The notes beneath the pieces were generated by a model that did no database searches, was not told where the DNA came from, and saw only the letters and a list, made by a program, of their open reading frames with translations. DNA of 37,958 bases from a virus (Duplodnaviria; Caudoviricetes): IMG/VR virus record IMGVR_UViG_3300043416_000465, positions 1-37,958 of that record. One strand, given 5' to 3'. Below are positions 7,216-18,090 of the stretch, in pieces. Each line of letters begins with the position of its first letter. Position 1 is the first letter of the stretch. Made by a program: the position numbers and the translations under genes.

Positions 7216-9810
7216 TTAAATACCTGCTGTTGGATATGGCAAGGTTGGGGTTGTGGTGCCGCTTCGGAATGCCCTAGTGATTCTTAGGTTTGAGAGGTAT
7301 CCGGTCAGCCCTTTAAAGCCAGCATTTTGGATGCCTCCAATGCGATAAACCGCGCTCAAATCATAACTTCCGGATCTGGTTTGAGAAAGCACCTCTACGT
7401 TGTCAACATGCAATTTGATGGTATTGCCTGATCGATTCAAATTTACATAGTGCCAAGCGTTCAGACTCAGCGCTCCTGCCGCTGATTCGTTGGTTTCTGG
7501 GCTGTACAGCCCGATCGCCCCATCGTTGTAGACGTATAGCTGGTGTGGTTGAGCGACCACAGCCCCCCGCGCATCGGACAGTCCCCAAAGCGCCCCCGGC
7601 GATCCATCCGCTGTTGGATAGATCCAAAATTCAAAGCAGAAATCGCCCGAAATGCCTTGCCCGGTTGTGTCGATGTCGATATAGCTGTTCCCATCCAGTG
7701 ATCGAATTCCGGTACTCATGCCAGATGGATCGTTGATGGCCGTTGATAAAGTACTTCCATTGTTCGTAATGGTCAAGCCGTTTTTTAGGTCTACCAGAGG
7801 GCTGGCAGAAGTGAAGGGGCAAAGCATAATCACATCAGCCCACAGCGGATCGAAGGTCACCGCAGCAATCACGCCGTTAATTTCGGGATGCCAGGAGATC
7901 TCTTGAAGGGAGGCAAGCAATAACTGTTGAGCGCCGCCAAATCCAACAAGCAGATCGATCGGGGAATCCGGCAGAATCGTAAACAAGCCAGAACCGATCT
8001 CTACATGCCAAGAGATTTCAACATCTGAGCCTTCCGGTGGTGGTGCAGCCGGTGCCGACTCGATCGAAATCTCCACCCTCCAGCCCAAATCGATCGGATC
8101 GCCAAGAACTACTTGATTCACTCCGCCCCGATCGATCCTATTCGCAATAAACGAAAAGCTGCTATTTGGGACTGACCCGATCGAGTCGATTTGTACTATC
8201 AAGCCCTCACAGTGGCACTTATCCCCACCTAGCACCACCACCGGCAAAGGTGGGCACCCAGCAGCTAGCCATTCATCAGGGATCGGCATGGTGATCTGTT
8301 GGGCATCCCTGCGCCGCCATTCGCGAGCGGCGATCTGTCGTGCCAGGTAGACGGCATCGGCGATCGAGGGAATAAAGCCGACTTCGATCGAGAGCACCCG
8401 CTTCGCGATCGGAGTCCAGCCCAGTGGCTCCACAAGTGCCGCGCCTGCTACTGGCACGGTTTCCAATGGGTAATCTGGCAACTGCTTCCGCTCTTCTTCT
8501 CTTGGCTTCGGCACCAAGCAGCCCGGTTGGCCGGTGTGGGGATTGATCACCCCTGCGTGGTCGGTAAAACCGGCGATCACCGGCTTTGTGGTCAGACGCT
8601 CGTATCGCTCAATAATCAAGGTGAAATCGCTGCCTACATCGCTTGCTAAGGTGCCACGACACACCCACCGCCCCTTTCTCCTCTCTGACTGGATATCGAT
8701 CGCGTAAACACTTAGGGAAGTATTAGATCCAAGCGCTGAGAAGATCCGGCCTGCTGGCCATTCGTAAATCGTGATTGTTTGGCAAGGACTATCGATCGGG
8801 TTTTCGGGAAGCGGATAGTCTGTTTGTACATCGAAGAAAATACTGGTAGTGATAAATCCGCCTAGCCTGGAATCCCAGGTGAGATCGTCCGGGTACTGGT
8901 AGAAGATATGCTTTATCTCGCTAGTGGTGGGTGTTGTGTCGTTTGATCCGACCCCAGAACTAAAAACTTTATTGATCGGCTGCTCTTCTGCTACCCGCTG
9001 ATACTTTGGCCGCGCCTTTCGATCGAGCGCATCATTAATCGGCTCTGGTGAAACCACACAAGGAATAGTTGCCAGTCGCTGATAAGCCCCCGAAACTATA
9101 ACTCGACTTGCTGCAAAGTCCAAGTGTTCGATCGCTGGCTCGCCTTCGTATTGATTATCATTCCGCGAGAATAGAGCGCCTTGCCCTGCCGGATCGCCGC
9201 TCACAGTGCGGATTGTCTCGGTATTGTCTTGATGCAGCCAGCTCCATGATTTGCTCAAAAAAGTCTGAGCATCCTGGATCGGGTTCCGGCTGGTCAGTAT
9301 GCCCAAATATATCCCCGGTTGGTTCCCTAGCACCCGCGCCGGGTTGATTGTAGCGCCTCGGAACCCTTCGGCAACCAGGACACTAACTAATCTGGTGACG
9401 CTCTCCCTCGGCAGCCTGCCGACCCCTCGCCCTCCTACTACAATCTCAAAGGGTCGATCGGTAGCAAGTAGCCCTAATGATTGGGTCAGAGTACCCCGGC
9501 CAATCTTCGCTTTTCGATCGTAAGCATACTTAGATATTCGCAATGTAGGGAAACTGTACCCCCGGATCTCCAGATTTACTGGTACTTGCCCTGGCCTCCA
9601 TCGGCTCGGAGTCTCCCAGCTATCAAAATCGTCTTCGCTTAGCCCGTTTCTAATCGCCTTGTGGTTATAGGTTACCTGAAAATCTCCAGTCCAAACCAGC
9701 AAGGAACCCATCTCAGCGAGTGGCAGAGACAAGGTAACTCGATCGAGGTATGGCGTTGCATCAAATGCCCCGATTGATAGCGATAGCTCTGGAACCCGAT
9801 AATCTAACAC
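7216..9810 (-). CDS. Tail tip/hub protein with C-terminal LamG (concanavalin A-like) receptor-binding domain
   Basis: 864 aa, downstream of tape measure. C-terminus GDFCFEFWIYP...LNAWHYVNLNRSGNTIKLHVD...RIGG...GYLSNLRIT matches Laminin_G_3. Confidence 0.8.
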   Translation of the reverse strand: MLDYRVPELSLSIGAFDATPYLDRVTLSLPLAEMGSLLVWTGDFQVTYNHKAIRNGLSEDDFDSWETPSRWRPGQVPVNLEIRGYSFPTLRISKYAYDRKAKIGRGTLTQSLGLLATDRPFEIVVGGRGVGRLPRESVTRLVSVLVAEGFRGATINPARVLGNQPGIYLGILTSRNPIQDAQTFLSKSWSWLHQDNTETIRTVSGDPAGQGALFSRNDNQYEGEPAIEHLDFAASRVIVSGAYQRLATIPCVVSPEPINDALDRKARPKYQRVAEEQPINKVFSSGVGSNDTTPTTSEIKHIFYQYPDDLTWDSRLGGFITTSIFFDVQTDYPLPENPIDSPCQTITIYEWPAGRIFSALGSNTSLSVYAIDIQSERRKGRWVCRGTLASDVGSDFTLIIERYERLTTKPVIAGFTDHAGVINPHTGQPGCLVPKPREEERKQLPDYPLETVPVAGAALVEPLGWTPIAKRVLSIEVGFIPSIADAVYLARQIAAREWRRRDAQQITMPIPDEWLAAGCPPLPVVVLGGDKCHCEGLIVQIDSIGSVPNSSFSFIANRIDRGGVNQVVLGDPIDLGWRVEISIESAPAAPPPEGSDVEISWHVEIGSGLFTILPDSPIDLLVGFGGAQQLLLASLQEISWHPEINGVIAAVTFDPLWADVIMLCPFTSASPLVDLKNGLTITNNGSTLSTAINDPSGMSTGIRSLDGNSYIDIDTTGQGISGDFCFEFWIYPTADGSPGALWGLSDARGAVVAQPHQLYVYNDGAIGLYSPETNESAAGALSLNAWHYVNLNRSGNTIKLHVDNVEVLSQTRSGSYDLSAVYRIGGIQNAGFKGLTGYLSNLRITRAFRSGTTTPTLPYPTAGI

Positions 9811-9843
9811 TGGAATCTCTCGATCACGCTAACAGCCCAAGTT

Positions 9844-10086
9844 TCATATATTTTGAGTAAATCCCGGCAGCCCAAGGCTGTTCGGCGAAAAAAGCGGGAT
9901 ATTTTGCGGCTCGTTGGTGCTGAGGTAATTCGAGGGAATTAACCCACCATCAGCCAGCCCAATCAATCTCTGCCCGGTGGTTTCGTCTATGCCCTGGTAC
10001 TGAGCTGTGGGAGAAGCCGATCGGTGCTGGCGATCAAGATCTCTGTACTGTTGCCGTTGTTGCTGAAGACGAATTAAATCAATCAT
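9844..10086 (-). CDS. Small tail-region protein
   Basis: ATGA-coupled to the upstream tail gene. Confidence 0.6.
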   Translation of the reverse strand: MIDLIRLQQQRQQYRDLDRQHRSASPTAQYQGIDETTGQRLIGLADGGLIPSNYLSTNEPQNIPLFSPNSLGLPGFTQNI

Positions 10087-10913
10087 ATCAAGCCCTCGTC
10101 GATCGTATACTGTGAAGCCCCAAGACTAGATCCACTATATTGATTTACGTTCCCCTGTGGCACAAGTTGGGGGGTAAACGGCGCAAAGCCGCCAGAGGAA
10201 GGGGCAAAATGACTTAGCCTGGGGTTCCTCACATCAATAAAAGCACCGATCGATAAATATTGCTGATTCAGCCTAGGCAGGGATGTATTAGTATCTGCCT
10301 GGAGATTGTAAAGCCTCTCGCCCCCGCTCGTAGTGCCAAACTTAAAGTAACTATTTGGGGCATATTCCCCGCCTACTCTCGGCTGCACAATGCCCGAATA
10401 CTCGCGAGCAAGCGACATGGCTAAGCGGCTGGTGATAAATTTCGCCACATCTAAACCAGGGTTGATTCCCATAAATACTCCGCTACTGTAACGCCTGGTA
10501 AATTCAAGAAACAGATAAGGTGTGCTTACCTCTGCCAAGTTGAGGGCGATCGTCCTGGTTTTGTTGCCTGGGGGATAGTCGATCGCGTCTTCCTCCGCCG
10601 AAAATCTAAAGTTCAGGGACTGGGCAGAATAGCTTGATGGCAGCGGACTGAGTTGCCCCCGTGGGTAGAAGTTGGATGGCACCGAGTAAGCTGTTAGCCC
10701 ATAGCAATCCCTTGAAGATGTTGGGACTAACGACAGATCTGGGCAAGCCCCGGCTGAGGGAACCGAGAAATCTGGCATCGTAGCAGGGAAGTAGATGATC
10801 GAGAATAGCAGCCACTCCCCCCGCCGTCCTTGTGGCCGATTAAAAACCTGGCCTCTCAAGTACCCCGCCGCTCTCGGCTCCTCGACTACTCCTGTCCCCG
10901 GTACCGCGCCCAT
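10083..10913 (-). CDS. Tail-region hypothetical protein
   Basis: 276 aa, abuts neighbours in the tail operon. Confidence 0.65.
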   Translation of the reverse strand: MGAVPGTGVVEEPRAAGYLRGQVFNRPQGRRGEWLLFSIIYFPATMPDFSVPSAGACPDLSLVPTSSRDCYGLTAYSVPSNFYPRGQLSPLPSSYSAQSLNFRFSAEEDAIDYPPGNKTRTIALNLAEVSTPYLFLEFTRRYSSGVFMGINPGLDVAKFITSRLAMSLAREYSGIVQPRVGGEYAPNSYFKFGTTSGGERLYNLQADTNTSLPRLNQQYLSIGAFIDVRNPRLSHFAPSSGGFAPFTPQLVPQGNVNQYSGSSLGASQYTIDEGLI

Positions 10914-11351
10914 TTAAACAACCTCCAACAACTCAAAAGATAACAGCTTCCAGTCAGCACCGATCGGCCTGATGTATCCTGATTTAATCAAAATAAATAC
11001 CGGGATATTCAGCACTGGAGCACCCTCCCAGTAGTCACTGATCACAACTTGATTAGCTGGCTGGGCATCAAGGAGTCGATCAAACAATGCAGCCATTGGT
11101 GGCTTAGCCAAAAAGGAGCAGCTCCATCTTCGCGGATATTGGCCGCTGGCCAAACCTTTTAATCTTAGGCTTCGCTCGATCGACCTTCCATCTGCCACGG
11201 GATGCTCATCTTCCTCTATCTGATAAGCGTTCTGCAATTCGAGAAACGCGCTAAGCACCAATTCATCGGTGATCGAGAACGCCGACAGAACTATGTGAGC
11301 CTCTTGGATCGTATTGGTGGGAGTGGTACCACGCCAGGTTACAAAGCTCAT
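10914..11351 (-). CDS. Probable distal tail protein
   Basis: 145 aa directly after tape measure (ATGA overlap); ends KLLSFELLEV, like Dit-type proteins. Confidence 0.55.
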   Translation of the reverse strand: MSFVTWRGTTPTNTIQEAHIVLSAFSITDELVLSAFLELQNAYQIEEDEHPVADGRSIERSLRLKGLASGQYPRRWSCSFLAKPPMAALFDRLLDAQPANQVVISDYWEGAPVLNIPVFILIKSGYIRPIGADWKLLSFELLEVV

Positions 11352-14300
11352 ATTTGCCCCGCTGCTGATGAGATAGTTGCCGATTGGCTGCGGATTAATT
11401 GGCGCATGGATTCTTCTCCTGTACCAGAAATATTATTGATTTGCTCTAATTTGGGCTGCCTACTCTCGATCGAGCGTTGCAAGTCCCTCACAGCTTCCTC
11501 GATCGCCCGATTGTTGAAATTATCAACGCCCGCCCTCGATGGCTGTGCTGCTGGCTGGCCAAATTGGGGAATGATGACATTAGGCTGTGATATTTGTGGA
11601 CCGATCGGAGATATCCCCGTAGCTGCCACTTTTGCTCGCTCCGCAGCCGAGGCATACTGACGCATGGCCTCGGCTGCATCATAGGTAGATCTCGCTGTGG
11701 CCTGAGTTATATCGAGCGTCTGCCGCTGAAGCTGATTAATAATTGTCTGCTGACTAATTTGCTCCTTAGCTTGAATTACTGCCTGTGTGGCAAAGCCTAC
11801 CTGCTGCTTCGCCAGGTCAATCGATTGCTGAGCATTAGCCTGGTTTATTCCAGCAGATTGTCTGGCCTGATCCAACTTGCCCTGAGCATCAGCGATTGCC
11901 CGATCTCGATCGCGCCCTGGTGCCTGCCCCTTGGCCTTGTCTACCTCTGACTGCGCCCCGGTGATTGCTCTCTGATCATTTATCCTCTGTGCCTGAAGTG
12001 CCGCTTGGGCATCCAGGACAGCTTGCTTGGCCTTCAATTCGGCGATCTGCGCTTCAATCAAAAGTCGTTTGTTAGCAAGGTCGTTTTTGCTTTGATCGAT
12101 CGCCAGGTTCTGTTGAGCGATCGACTGCTCAAGCCTCAAGGCGGCAGCTTTTCTGGTGGCTGCATCTTGCTCTATTTGCGATTGCTTAGCGGTAAGTTGG
12201 GCGACGCTTTGAGTATTGCTGCCCACTAATTGATTTAGCCGATCCTGAATCTCGATCCGCTGCCGACCACTGAGTTCTCCCTCCTTCAACTGCTTGGTTA
12301 GCTCGATCGCTGATCGGATTTTTTCGGCCTCGATATTGCCTTGGGCATCCGCCGCCCCCTCGATGGCTTTCGCCAGATTGACTCTGGCCTGAAATAGATT
12401 ATTTTGCAGATCTAACGATTTGCCGAGCCGATCAAGCTGATTTTGCTGCTTACCATATGCGGCCTCTGCCGCCCTGGCCGCCCTGGCCTGAGCTGCTGAA
12501 ACTGTGGTTATTTGGCTAAGCTGGGCATCTGCTGTCCTTGATCGGGCTGCCTGCTGATCATCGATTGCTTTAATCGTGAGAGATCTATTGGCTTGGATCT
12601 GCTGGCCTTCCTGCTCCAAAAGGCGAAGGGTAATCTGGCCGGTGGCGATACGCGCCGATCGGACCTCGTTTTGATAGGCTCTCTCAGCTTCAGGCGATCG
12701 GATTTCGTTAGCCAGTGCCCCCAATACCCTCTCAGCTTCCTGTGCCGTTTCGAGCTGAGTTTTCAGGCTCTCACGCTGCAAGCTGAGCTTATCTTGCTCG
12801 GTTTGCTCGAGTGTACTCAGTTGCCGGTTAGCTGCTGCCTGAATTCTTTTATTTCGATCAATTTCAGCCAATTGCAACAACTGTGCCCCCTTGGCCTGGT
12901 AGATCTTTATTTGATCAAGTTCTGCCCGGTATAGCTCATCATAAGCTGCGATCCGCTTGGAGATTAGAACTCTTATCTTTGTTTCAATTCCCTGCCGCCC
13001 TTCTTCGTCTGCTTTCCCCAGTCTGGAGAGAGCAAACTTTTGTAATTCAATTTCCCGATCGGCCTGCTCGAGTGAATTTTTTAGCCGCAATTGGGCAAAC
13101 TCGAACTCTGATATCTGACTAGTAGACTTGTACGCTTCATAAGCTTTCAAGTAGTTTTCATATCTGGTATTTTCCAGCTCGATCGCCTTCTGGTCGTAGT
13201 CCTTGATCAGCTTCTGGCGCTTACCTTCGGCCTCTCCAATCTGGCCTAAGATCTTATCCCGGCCAAGATTATCAGCAGCAGCTAATCTACTTAAGCTCTG
13301 CTGTAATTGAGCGATCTGCTCATCCAATTGATCGGCATTTAACAACAGCAACCTATCTTGATAATCCCTCTCACTGCTTAGCCCGATCTCTCTCTGTGCT
13401 GAGAGTAGTTGCCTTTGGGCATCATAGCCAGCCAAGAACGCCTTTCTAGCCCGTTCCTGGTAATCTCCAATCAATTGGAGCTTAGCTGCTTCGGTCTTCT
13501 CCAGTTCGGCGATCGCCTGATCTCTGGCCTGCTGACTTTGGGCATTTTCGATCGCGGCTGCCTGTGTCTCTTGCTGCTTGGCAAGCTCTTCTAGTTTGAG
13601 CCTGGTAGTTAGTCGATCAGCTTCTTGCTCGCCTAGCCGCTCATTTGCCTTCAATTGGGCAACGGCAGCAATCTGGGCAGCGATCGCCGTGCTTTCGGCA
13701 GCGATTCTAGCTTTGGTGATTCCGGTAATCTCATCGGCGGCTTTCTTTCTGGTGGCCGCTTCCAGCCCGCTATCATCCCGAATCTTAGCCAGCTCATCGA
13801 TCGCCCCTTCGTTAGTTTGCTGCCCGACCTCGATCAACTCTTTTATTTTGCTGATGCGCGAATTATAAAGTGACTCGATCGCCTCTTTGGCCTGAGTCCG
13901 CACCTCTAACTCAGCCTTGGTGCTGCCCTTAATAGCTTCCAATTCTGCCCTGGCAGCTTCGATGTTGGTGTATTTGGCCTTTACGCCCGATTCAGCCAGT
14001 TTAATCGAGTCCGCCAACGCCTGTTTGAATTGCACTGGATCGCCATTGCCCTCACTGGCAATCAGCGCCCTCGCCTGCGCCACCCTCTTGGCATAAAGCT
14101 CCTGTGTTGCCCCTAGATCCTCTAGTAGCTTAGCCTCAATCTTTATTCCTCCAGCATTCTTTTCGCTGGCAGCGGCCTGAGCTTCAGCCAACTTCACCAG
14201 ATTCTCTCTCTGGCTAATGATTGCCGGGTTGTTGGCCTGGACTTTGCCGATCTCGATCGCTTCCTGTTTGGCCTGATCTGCCAAGATTTTAGACGTTGCG

Positions 14301-15832
14301 AGCAATTGTTTCCTTTGCTTAACCTGATCCTCGGTCAGCAGTACACCCGATCTCTCGATCGCCTGTAGTTTCCGCAATGCCGCCCCGTTCTCCCCGATTG
14401 CTGTTTGCAGTTTAGTTATTTGCTCGAAATAGGCGTCTAGTGCCCCCATCGCGTCTTGATTGCCTCGGTAATTAATTGCATCATTAATTTTTCCAAGTCC
14501 GTCAAGTACGACCTCAATTGTGGTGATAGCCGGTTTCAAGACCTCTTGAAGCACCTGAGCAAGCACTACGGTTCCATCGATCGCCGCCTTGAATAGAGTG
14601 GAAACGATTGGGGCTAGCTTCTCGATCGATCCCTCTAGAAACTCAAATAAAGATTCAAACCTGGAGAGGGAATTAATACCCCCAGCAGCAGACTCACTGA
14701 AGCTCCTAAAGAAGTTAGTAATGGCTGCCTCATTCTGCTTAAGGTATTTTTCGACCTTATCAAGAGCCTGAATAATTGGCTCTAATAGCGGCTGCCCAGA
14801 TTCACGGCCTATTCTTTGCCCTAGATCTAAAATGTTTGAGCCGATACCCTCGATCGACCGAGCAGCCAGAGCATTCCCCGCTACAAACGTTTCTAAACGC
14901 TTATTCAGCTCGTCAACTAGCCGCCCTTGAGCCTTCCAGGTATTAGCCTGATCGTTGGTGATATTGAGGTTCTTTGCCAGTACCGAATTCTGGTCGATCT
15001 GCCCTTTCAGGATCGATGTGATTTCCTGCCGAGCCTGGTTTAGTGGCACTCCTACCACTTTCAGGGATGCTGCCCAGCCCTTTGTTAAGCTTGTGGCCGC
15101 AGATATCGCATCAGGAAATTGTTTAGATTGATTGTTTAGTACAGCCGCATTAGTTAGGGTGATTTGGAACAGTTCGTTTACCTGCTCGGTTGTCACTCCG
15201 ACCAATGACTGTGTATCGATTTCGATCTGTTTTAGAGATGATCGGAGCTGCGATTCAGTAGCCTTAATTTTGGCCGTAGGATCTGTTAATTCTGCACCCC
15301 CTGAAAATATCCTGCTACTGCTGGCTAGATTAGTTTGGCTGCTCAGTAATTGAGCATTTAGCTTTTCGTTGCTGGCAATCAGGGCATCGTAGACGGGCTG
15401 TGCTGCTGCCCTCAAAGTCTGCAACGATTGAACAATATTATTAAATTTAAAGGCCAGCAGTCCCAGCCCTTCAGAGAGCTGGCTTTGGCTGGCGCTAGTG
15501 GTTTTGCTTGCTCGATCAAGTGCTGAGAATTGCTCAGCAGTGATCTTGCCTTGAGCCGCCAACGTTGCAAATTTGGTGTAAGAATCCGCCCCCACTGCAT
15601 TGAGTTGGCGCAATGAGCCGATCGCCTGGGAAGCCTGATCAGCAGTTAGCCCCAGCCCATCAGCGAATCTCTTGGCCTCGCCATAGCTCCCACCTAGAGC
15701 ATTAGCCAGCCTAGCAATACCTGGAGATTGAGCCGCTGTTTGCTCGATCGACTTCTGCACAGCAGCCAGTTGAGCAACAGTGCTTGCCCCACCTTCAGCG
15801 CCAATCAACAACTTAAGGGCTAGATCAGCCAT
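11348..15832 (-). CDS. Tail tape measure protein
   Basis: 1494 aa, Ala/Gln/Leu/Glu-rich coiled coil; N-terminus MADLALKLLIGA; follows tail tube and chaperone genes. Confidence 0.9.
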   Translation of the reverse strand: MADLALKLLIGAEGGASTVAQLAAVQKSIEQTAAQSPGIARLANALGGSYGEAKRFADGLGLTADQASQAIGSLRQLNAVGADSYTKFATLAAQGKITAEQFSALDRASKTTSASQSQLSEGLGLLAFKFNNIVQSLQTLRAAAQPVYDALIASNEKLNAQLLSSQTNLASSSRIFSGGAELTDPTAKIKATESQLRSSLKQIEIDTQSLVGVTTEQVNELFQITLTNAAVLNNQSKQFPDAISAATSLTKGWAASLKVVGVPLNQARQEITSILKGQIDQNSVLAKNLNITNDQANTWKAQGRLVDELNKRLETFVAGNALAARSIEGIGSNILDLGQRIGRESGQPLLEPIIQALDKVEKYLKQNEAAITNFFRSFSESAAGGINSLSRFESLFEFLEGSIEKLAPIVSTLFKAAIDGTVVLAQVLQEVLKPAITTIEVVLDGLGKINDAINYRGNQDAMGALDAYFEQITKLQTAIGENGAALRKLQAIERSGVLLTEDQVKQRKQLLATSKILADQAKQEAIEIGKVQANNPAIISQRENLVKLAEAQAAASEKNAGGIKIEAKLLEDLGATQELYAKRVAQARALIASEGNGDPVQFKQALADSIKLAESGVKAKYTNIEAARAELEAIKGSTKAELEVRTQAKEAIESLYNSRISKIKELIEVGQQTNEGAIDELAKIRDDSGLEAATRKKAADEITGITKARIAAESTAIAAQIAAVAQLKANERLGEQEADRLTTRLKLEELAKQQETQAAAIENAQSQQARDQAIAELEKTEAAKLQLIGDYQERARKAFLAGYDAQRQLLSAQREIGLSSERDYQDRLLLLNADQLDEQIAQLQQSLSRLAAADNLGRDKILGQIGEAEGKRQKLIKDYDQKAIELENTRYENYLKAYEAYKSTSQISEFEFAQLRLKNSLEQADREIELQKFALSRLGKADEEGRQGIETKIRVLISKRIAAYDELYRAELDQIKIYQAKGAQLLQLAEIDRNKRIQAAANRQLSTLEQTEQDKLSLQRESLKTQLETAQEAERVLGALANEIRSPEAERAYQNEVRSARIATGQITLRLLEQEGQQIQANRSLTIKAIDDQQAARSRTADAQLSQITTVSAAQARAARAAEAAYGKQQNQLDRLGKSLDLQNNLFQARVNLAKAIEGAADAQGNIEAEKIRSAIELTKQLKEGELSGRQRIEIQDRLNQLVGSNTQSVAQLTAKQSQIEQDAATRKAAALRLEQSIAQQNLAIDQSKNDLANKRLLIEAQIAELKAKQAVLDAQAALQAQRINDQRAITGAQSEVDKAKGQAPGRDRDRAIADAQGKLDQARQSAGINQANAQQSIDLAKQQVGFATQAVIQAKEQISQQTIINQLQRQTLDITQATARSTYDAAEAMRQYASAAERAKVAATGISPIGPQISQPNVIIPQFGQPAAQPSRAGVDNFNNRAIEEAVRDLQRSIESRQPKLEQINNISGTGEESMRQLIRSQSATISSAAGQI

Positions 15833-16409
15833 TTTTCAACAGCTCCGATATATCCATTTTTTTTAGTTCAGCCAGCCGCTTAGCTCGATCGGCTGCCTCC
15901 CTTTCTTCGGGCGATTGATTATTCTCCTCTTGCGCCTTATTAATGGCAAAGGCCACCTGCGCTGGTAGCTCAGTCGCAATCATCAAGGCTTCCTCCACAT
16001 CGGCAGATAGGCAGGCGATACATTCCTCAATCGTCTGAGGATCTCCGATCGGTTCAGCTCCAGAGCTGAGCACCTCGGAATTTATCACGGCCAGCCAGCC
16101 AGCTTGATCACCGCCATCAGCATCCTTGCTGCTAAACAGTAGACCTTCGAGCTGATTAGGCGTAAACCAATCAGCCTCCAAGCCATTGAGCCTTAGGATC
16201 TCATCGATTGTGTGGCGCATTTCGGCGTTGCTGGAGTACAGATCGTACCAAGGTTGCTGCACATCGGAATTCTCCAGGATTATTTCAGAAAGCCGCTGCA
16301 TTCGTGCGGAAAACTGCCGCCGCCCAACAATCGAGCACCCCGCAGTTTTCCGCACCATGCCCGATCGATCAATGATTTCAGCCAGTATGCCAAGCTCTAA
16401 CCAGCGCAT
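15825..16409 (-). CDS. Probable tail assembly chaperone
   Basis: Acidic 194-aa ORF between tail tube and tape measure. Confidence 0.55.
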   Translation of the reverse strand: MRWLELGILAEIIDRSGMVRKTAGCSIVGRRQFSARMQRLSEIILENSDVQQPWYDLYSSNAEMRHTIDEILRLNGLEADWFTPNQLEGLLFSSKDADGGDQAGWLAVINSEVLSSGAEPIGDPQTIEECIACLSADVEEALMIATELPAQVAFAINKAQEENNQSPEEREAADRAKRLAELKKMDISELLKNG

Positions 16410-17195
16410 TTAGTGAAGCTTCCGCATGATAAACGGCAGCCCATCACTTTGATCTGTCTGAATTAATCGGTACTCTAAATCGAATGAGGTTTGAGAGCCG
16501 GACATCGACAGTGTGGGGACAGACACCCTCGACATTTCAGGGACAATGATCTTGCTGTGCTCCGTTCCGCCGTTTCCGTAGCCGATCGCCGAAAACGAAA
16601 CGTTGTTCAATCGCCGAACCGCCGACTCTTTCCCGATCGTTTCGGCGATTGACAAAAGGCTGACCAATCTGTAAACCACAACCTCATCAGCCTGGGACGT
16701 GGCGAAGGTCAGCTTATTGGTTGTCCGATTAATGGTGAACTGCTTATCAGTCAGCGCCGCTTGGAGTGTTGCCGGTGGCATCTCCTCATAGCTAAAATCT
16801 TTGTCTGGATTGGATACCTGAACCGGTACCAAGTAGGCTGGTGAAACGATCGCCAAGATAGCAGGATCTGTAATTTCTCCAGCGGACGTGATCTTAGCCC
16901 TCTTGACAACTGGATCGCTAAAGCCTGAAGAGGTAGCCGCAGATAAGCCGTAAGCGATCTGGAGTGTGCGCCAAGAAATCGCTTCGATCTTGACCTTGGC
17001 TTTGTAATTTTCCTCAGCCAACGCCGATCCCGTGATCACTGTTTTACCATCTCGCTGCCCCTTGGCCACAACCTCATTAGACTCTCCTTCTACCATGAAT
17101 TCGAGCGGTTCAGTAACCAGTAATTGCTGAGCTGGGTTGCCGTCGTTGGTCACAAATCCAAATTGCCCAGCCCCGTAGAAAATGCCCTTAGCCAT
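16410..17195 (-). CDS. Major tail tube protein
   Basis: N-terminus GIFYGAGQF, beta-rich, ends with SFDLEY; canonical position. Confidence 0.7.
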   Translation of the reverse strand: MAKGIFYGAGQFGFVTNDGNPAQQLLVTEPLEFMVEGESNEVVAKGQRDGKTVITGSALAEENYKAKVKIEAISWRTLQIAYGLSAATSSGFSDPVVKRAKITSAGEITDPAILAIVSPAYLVPVQVSNPDKDFSYEEMPPATLQAALTDKQFTINRTTNKLTFATSQADEVVVYRLVSLLSIAETIGKESAVRRLNNVSFSAIGYGNGGTEHSKIIVPEMSRVSVPTLSMSGSQTSFDLEYRLIQTDQSDGLPFIMRKLH

Positions 17196-17203
17196 AGTGC
17201 CCC

Positions 17204-17650
17204 TTAAATATCAAAAGTTTGTGTGTACTGCCGATCGATCTGCCAGATTGACTGATAGAGCCACAGCCCTTCAGCGAACTGCCCCGGCTGTGTGTTTTGG
17301 TGCCACAGCCCAACGGCTGAATCGGCTTCGATCGAACCCAGTCCGCTTAGAGCCGATCGAATAACATCCAGGTAATCAAGCTGGCCATCCGCATAGTAGA
17401 GATCAAACAATCTCAGTACTAGTACAAACCGCCAACTCTCTGACTGCCGCCAGTTAACCCGCCTCGTAGCCCCGCCTTCTGGTGGTTGAGAGCTAATGCT
17501 ATCTAGTCCCACCCAGATCGCCTGCTCAGTAACAGGCTCACCCAAGATCGCTGGATCAAATGGGCATTTCTCGATCGTCACCAGAGGTAATGCCCCGGAG
17601 AGCCGATCGATGATTAGCTGCTGGAATTGAGTAATTGTCAAAGCTGCCAT
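17204..17650 (-). CDS. Tail terminator/completion protein (Mu gp37-like)
   Basis: IIDRL...LDVIRSALSG...GLWLYQ pattern; follows gp36-like gene. Confidence 0.65.
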   Translation of the reverse strand: MAALTITQFQQLIIDRLSGALPLVTIEKCPFDPAILGEPVTEQAIWVGLDSISSQPPEGGATRRVNWRQSESWRFVLVLRLFDLYYADGQLDYLDVIRSALSGLGSIEADSAVGLWHQNTQPGQFAEGLWLYQSIWQIDRQYTQTFDI

Positions 17651-18090
17651 CAGTACCCCGTTAAGTCGATGCCAGCGCCCTTGCAGCCCTTAGCCCGATT
17701 ACTAGCCCCAGTCGTCGAGCCAGAAAGATCTGGCTGATTGGGCAGCCCCGGCTCTCCCCATTTGATCCGGCCATCAGCAACGCGCTTCAGCCAGTCGTAA
17801 GTCAATTGGCAATCATCATGGATCTTTGGCCTAGTAGAAATATTGTCCAGCTCGCACCGAGCCAGAACCAAGCAATGGTGCCGCAAAGGCTCAATCGCTG
17901 CCGGGATGGCGATTGGTACTTGATACCGGCCACTTAGCCAACTGTCGATCACCCCACTGGCCGCGCCGATCGCCAAGTCCAGGCGACTTGTATTGGGCAC
18001 GGTTAACGTGGGGCTGTTGCGATTAGAAAGCTGACTAGCCTCTTTATCGCCATATCGATCAACAAAATCTTGAGCCGTTGCGTAGGCCAT
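17650..18090 (-). CDS. Head-tail adaptor, Mu gp36/DUF1320-like
   Basis: MAYATAQDFVDRYG...IDSWLSGRYQVP...LAR...WLKRVADG. Confidence 0.85.
   Translation of the reverse strand: MAYATAQDFVDRYGDKEASQLSNRNSPTLTVPNTSRLDLAIGAASGVIDSWLSGRYQVPIAIPAAIEPLRHHCLVLARCELDNISTRPKIHDDCQLTYDWLKRVADGRIKWGEPGLPNQPDLSGSTTGASNRAKGCKGAGIDLTGY

Noticed and set aside
15825-16409. Programmed frameshift in the tail assembly chaperone
   Set aside because: A single ORF fills the whole interval between tube and tape measure; no second frame is needed.
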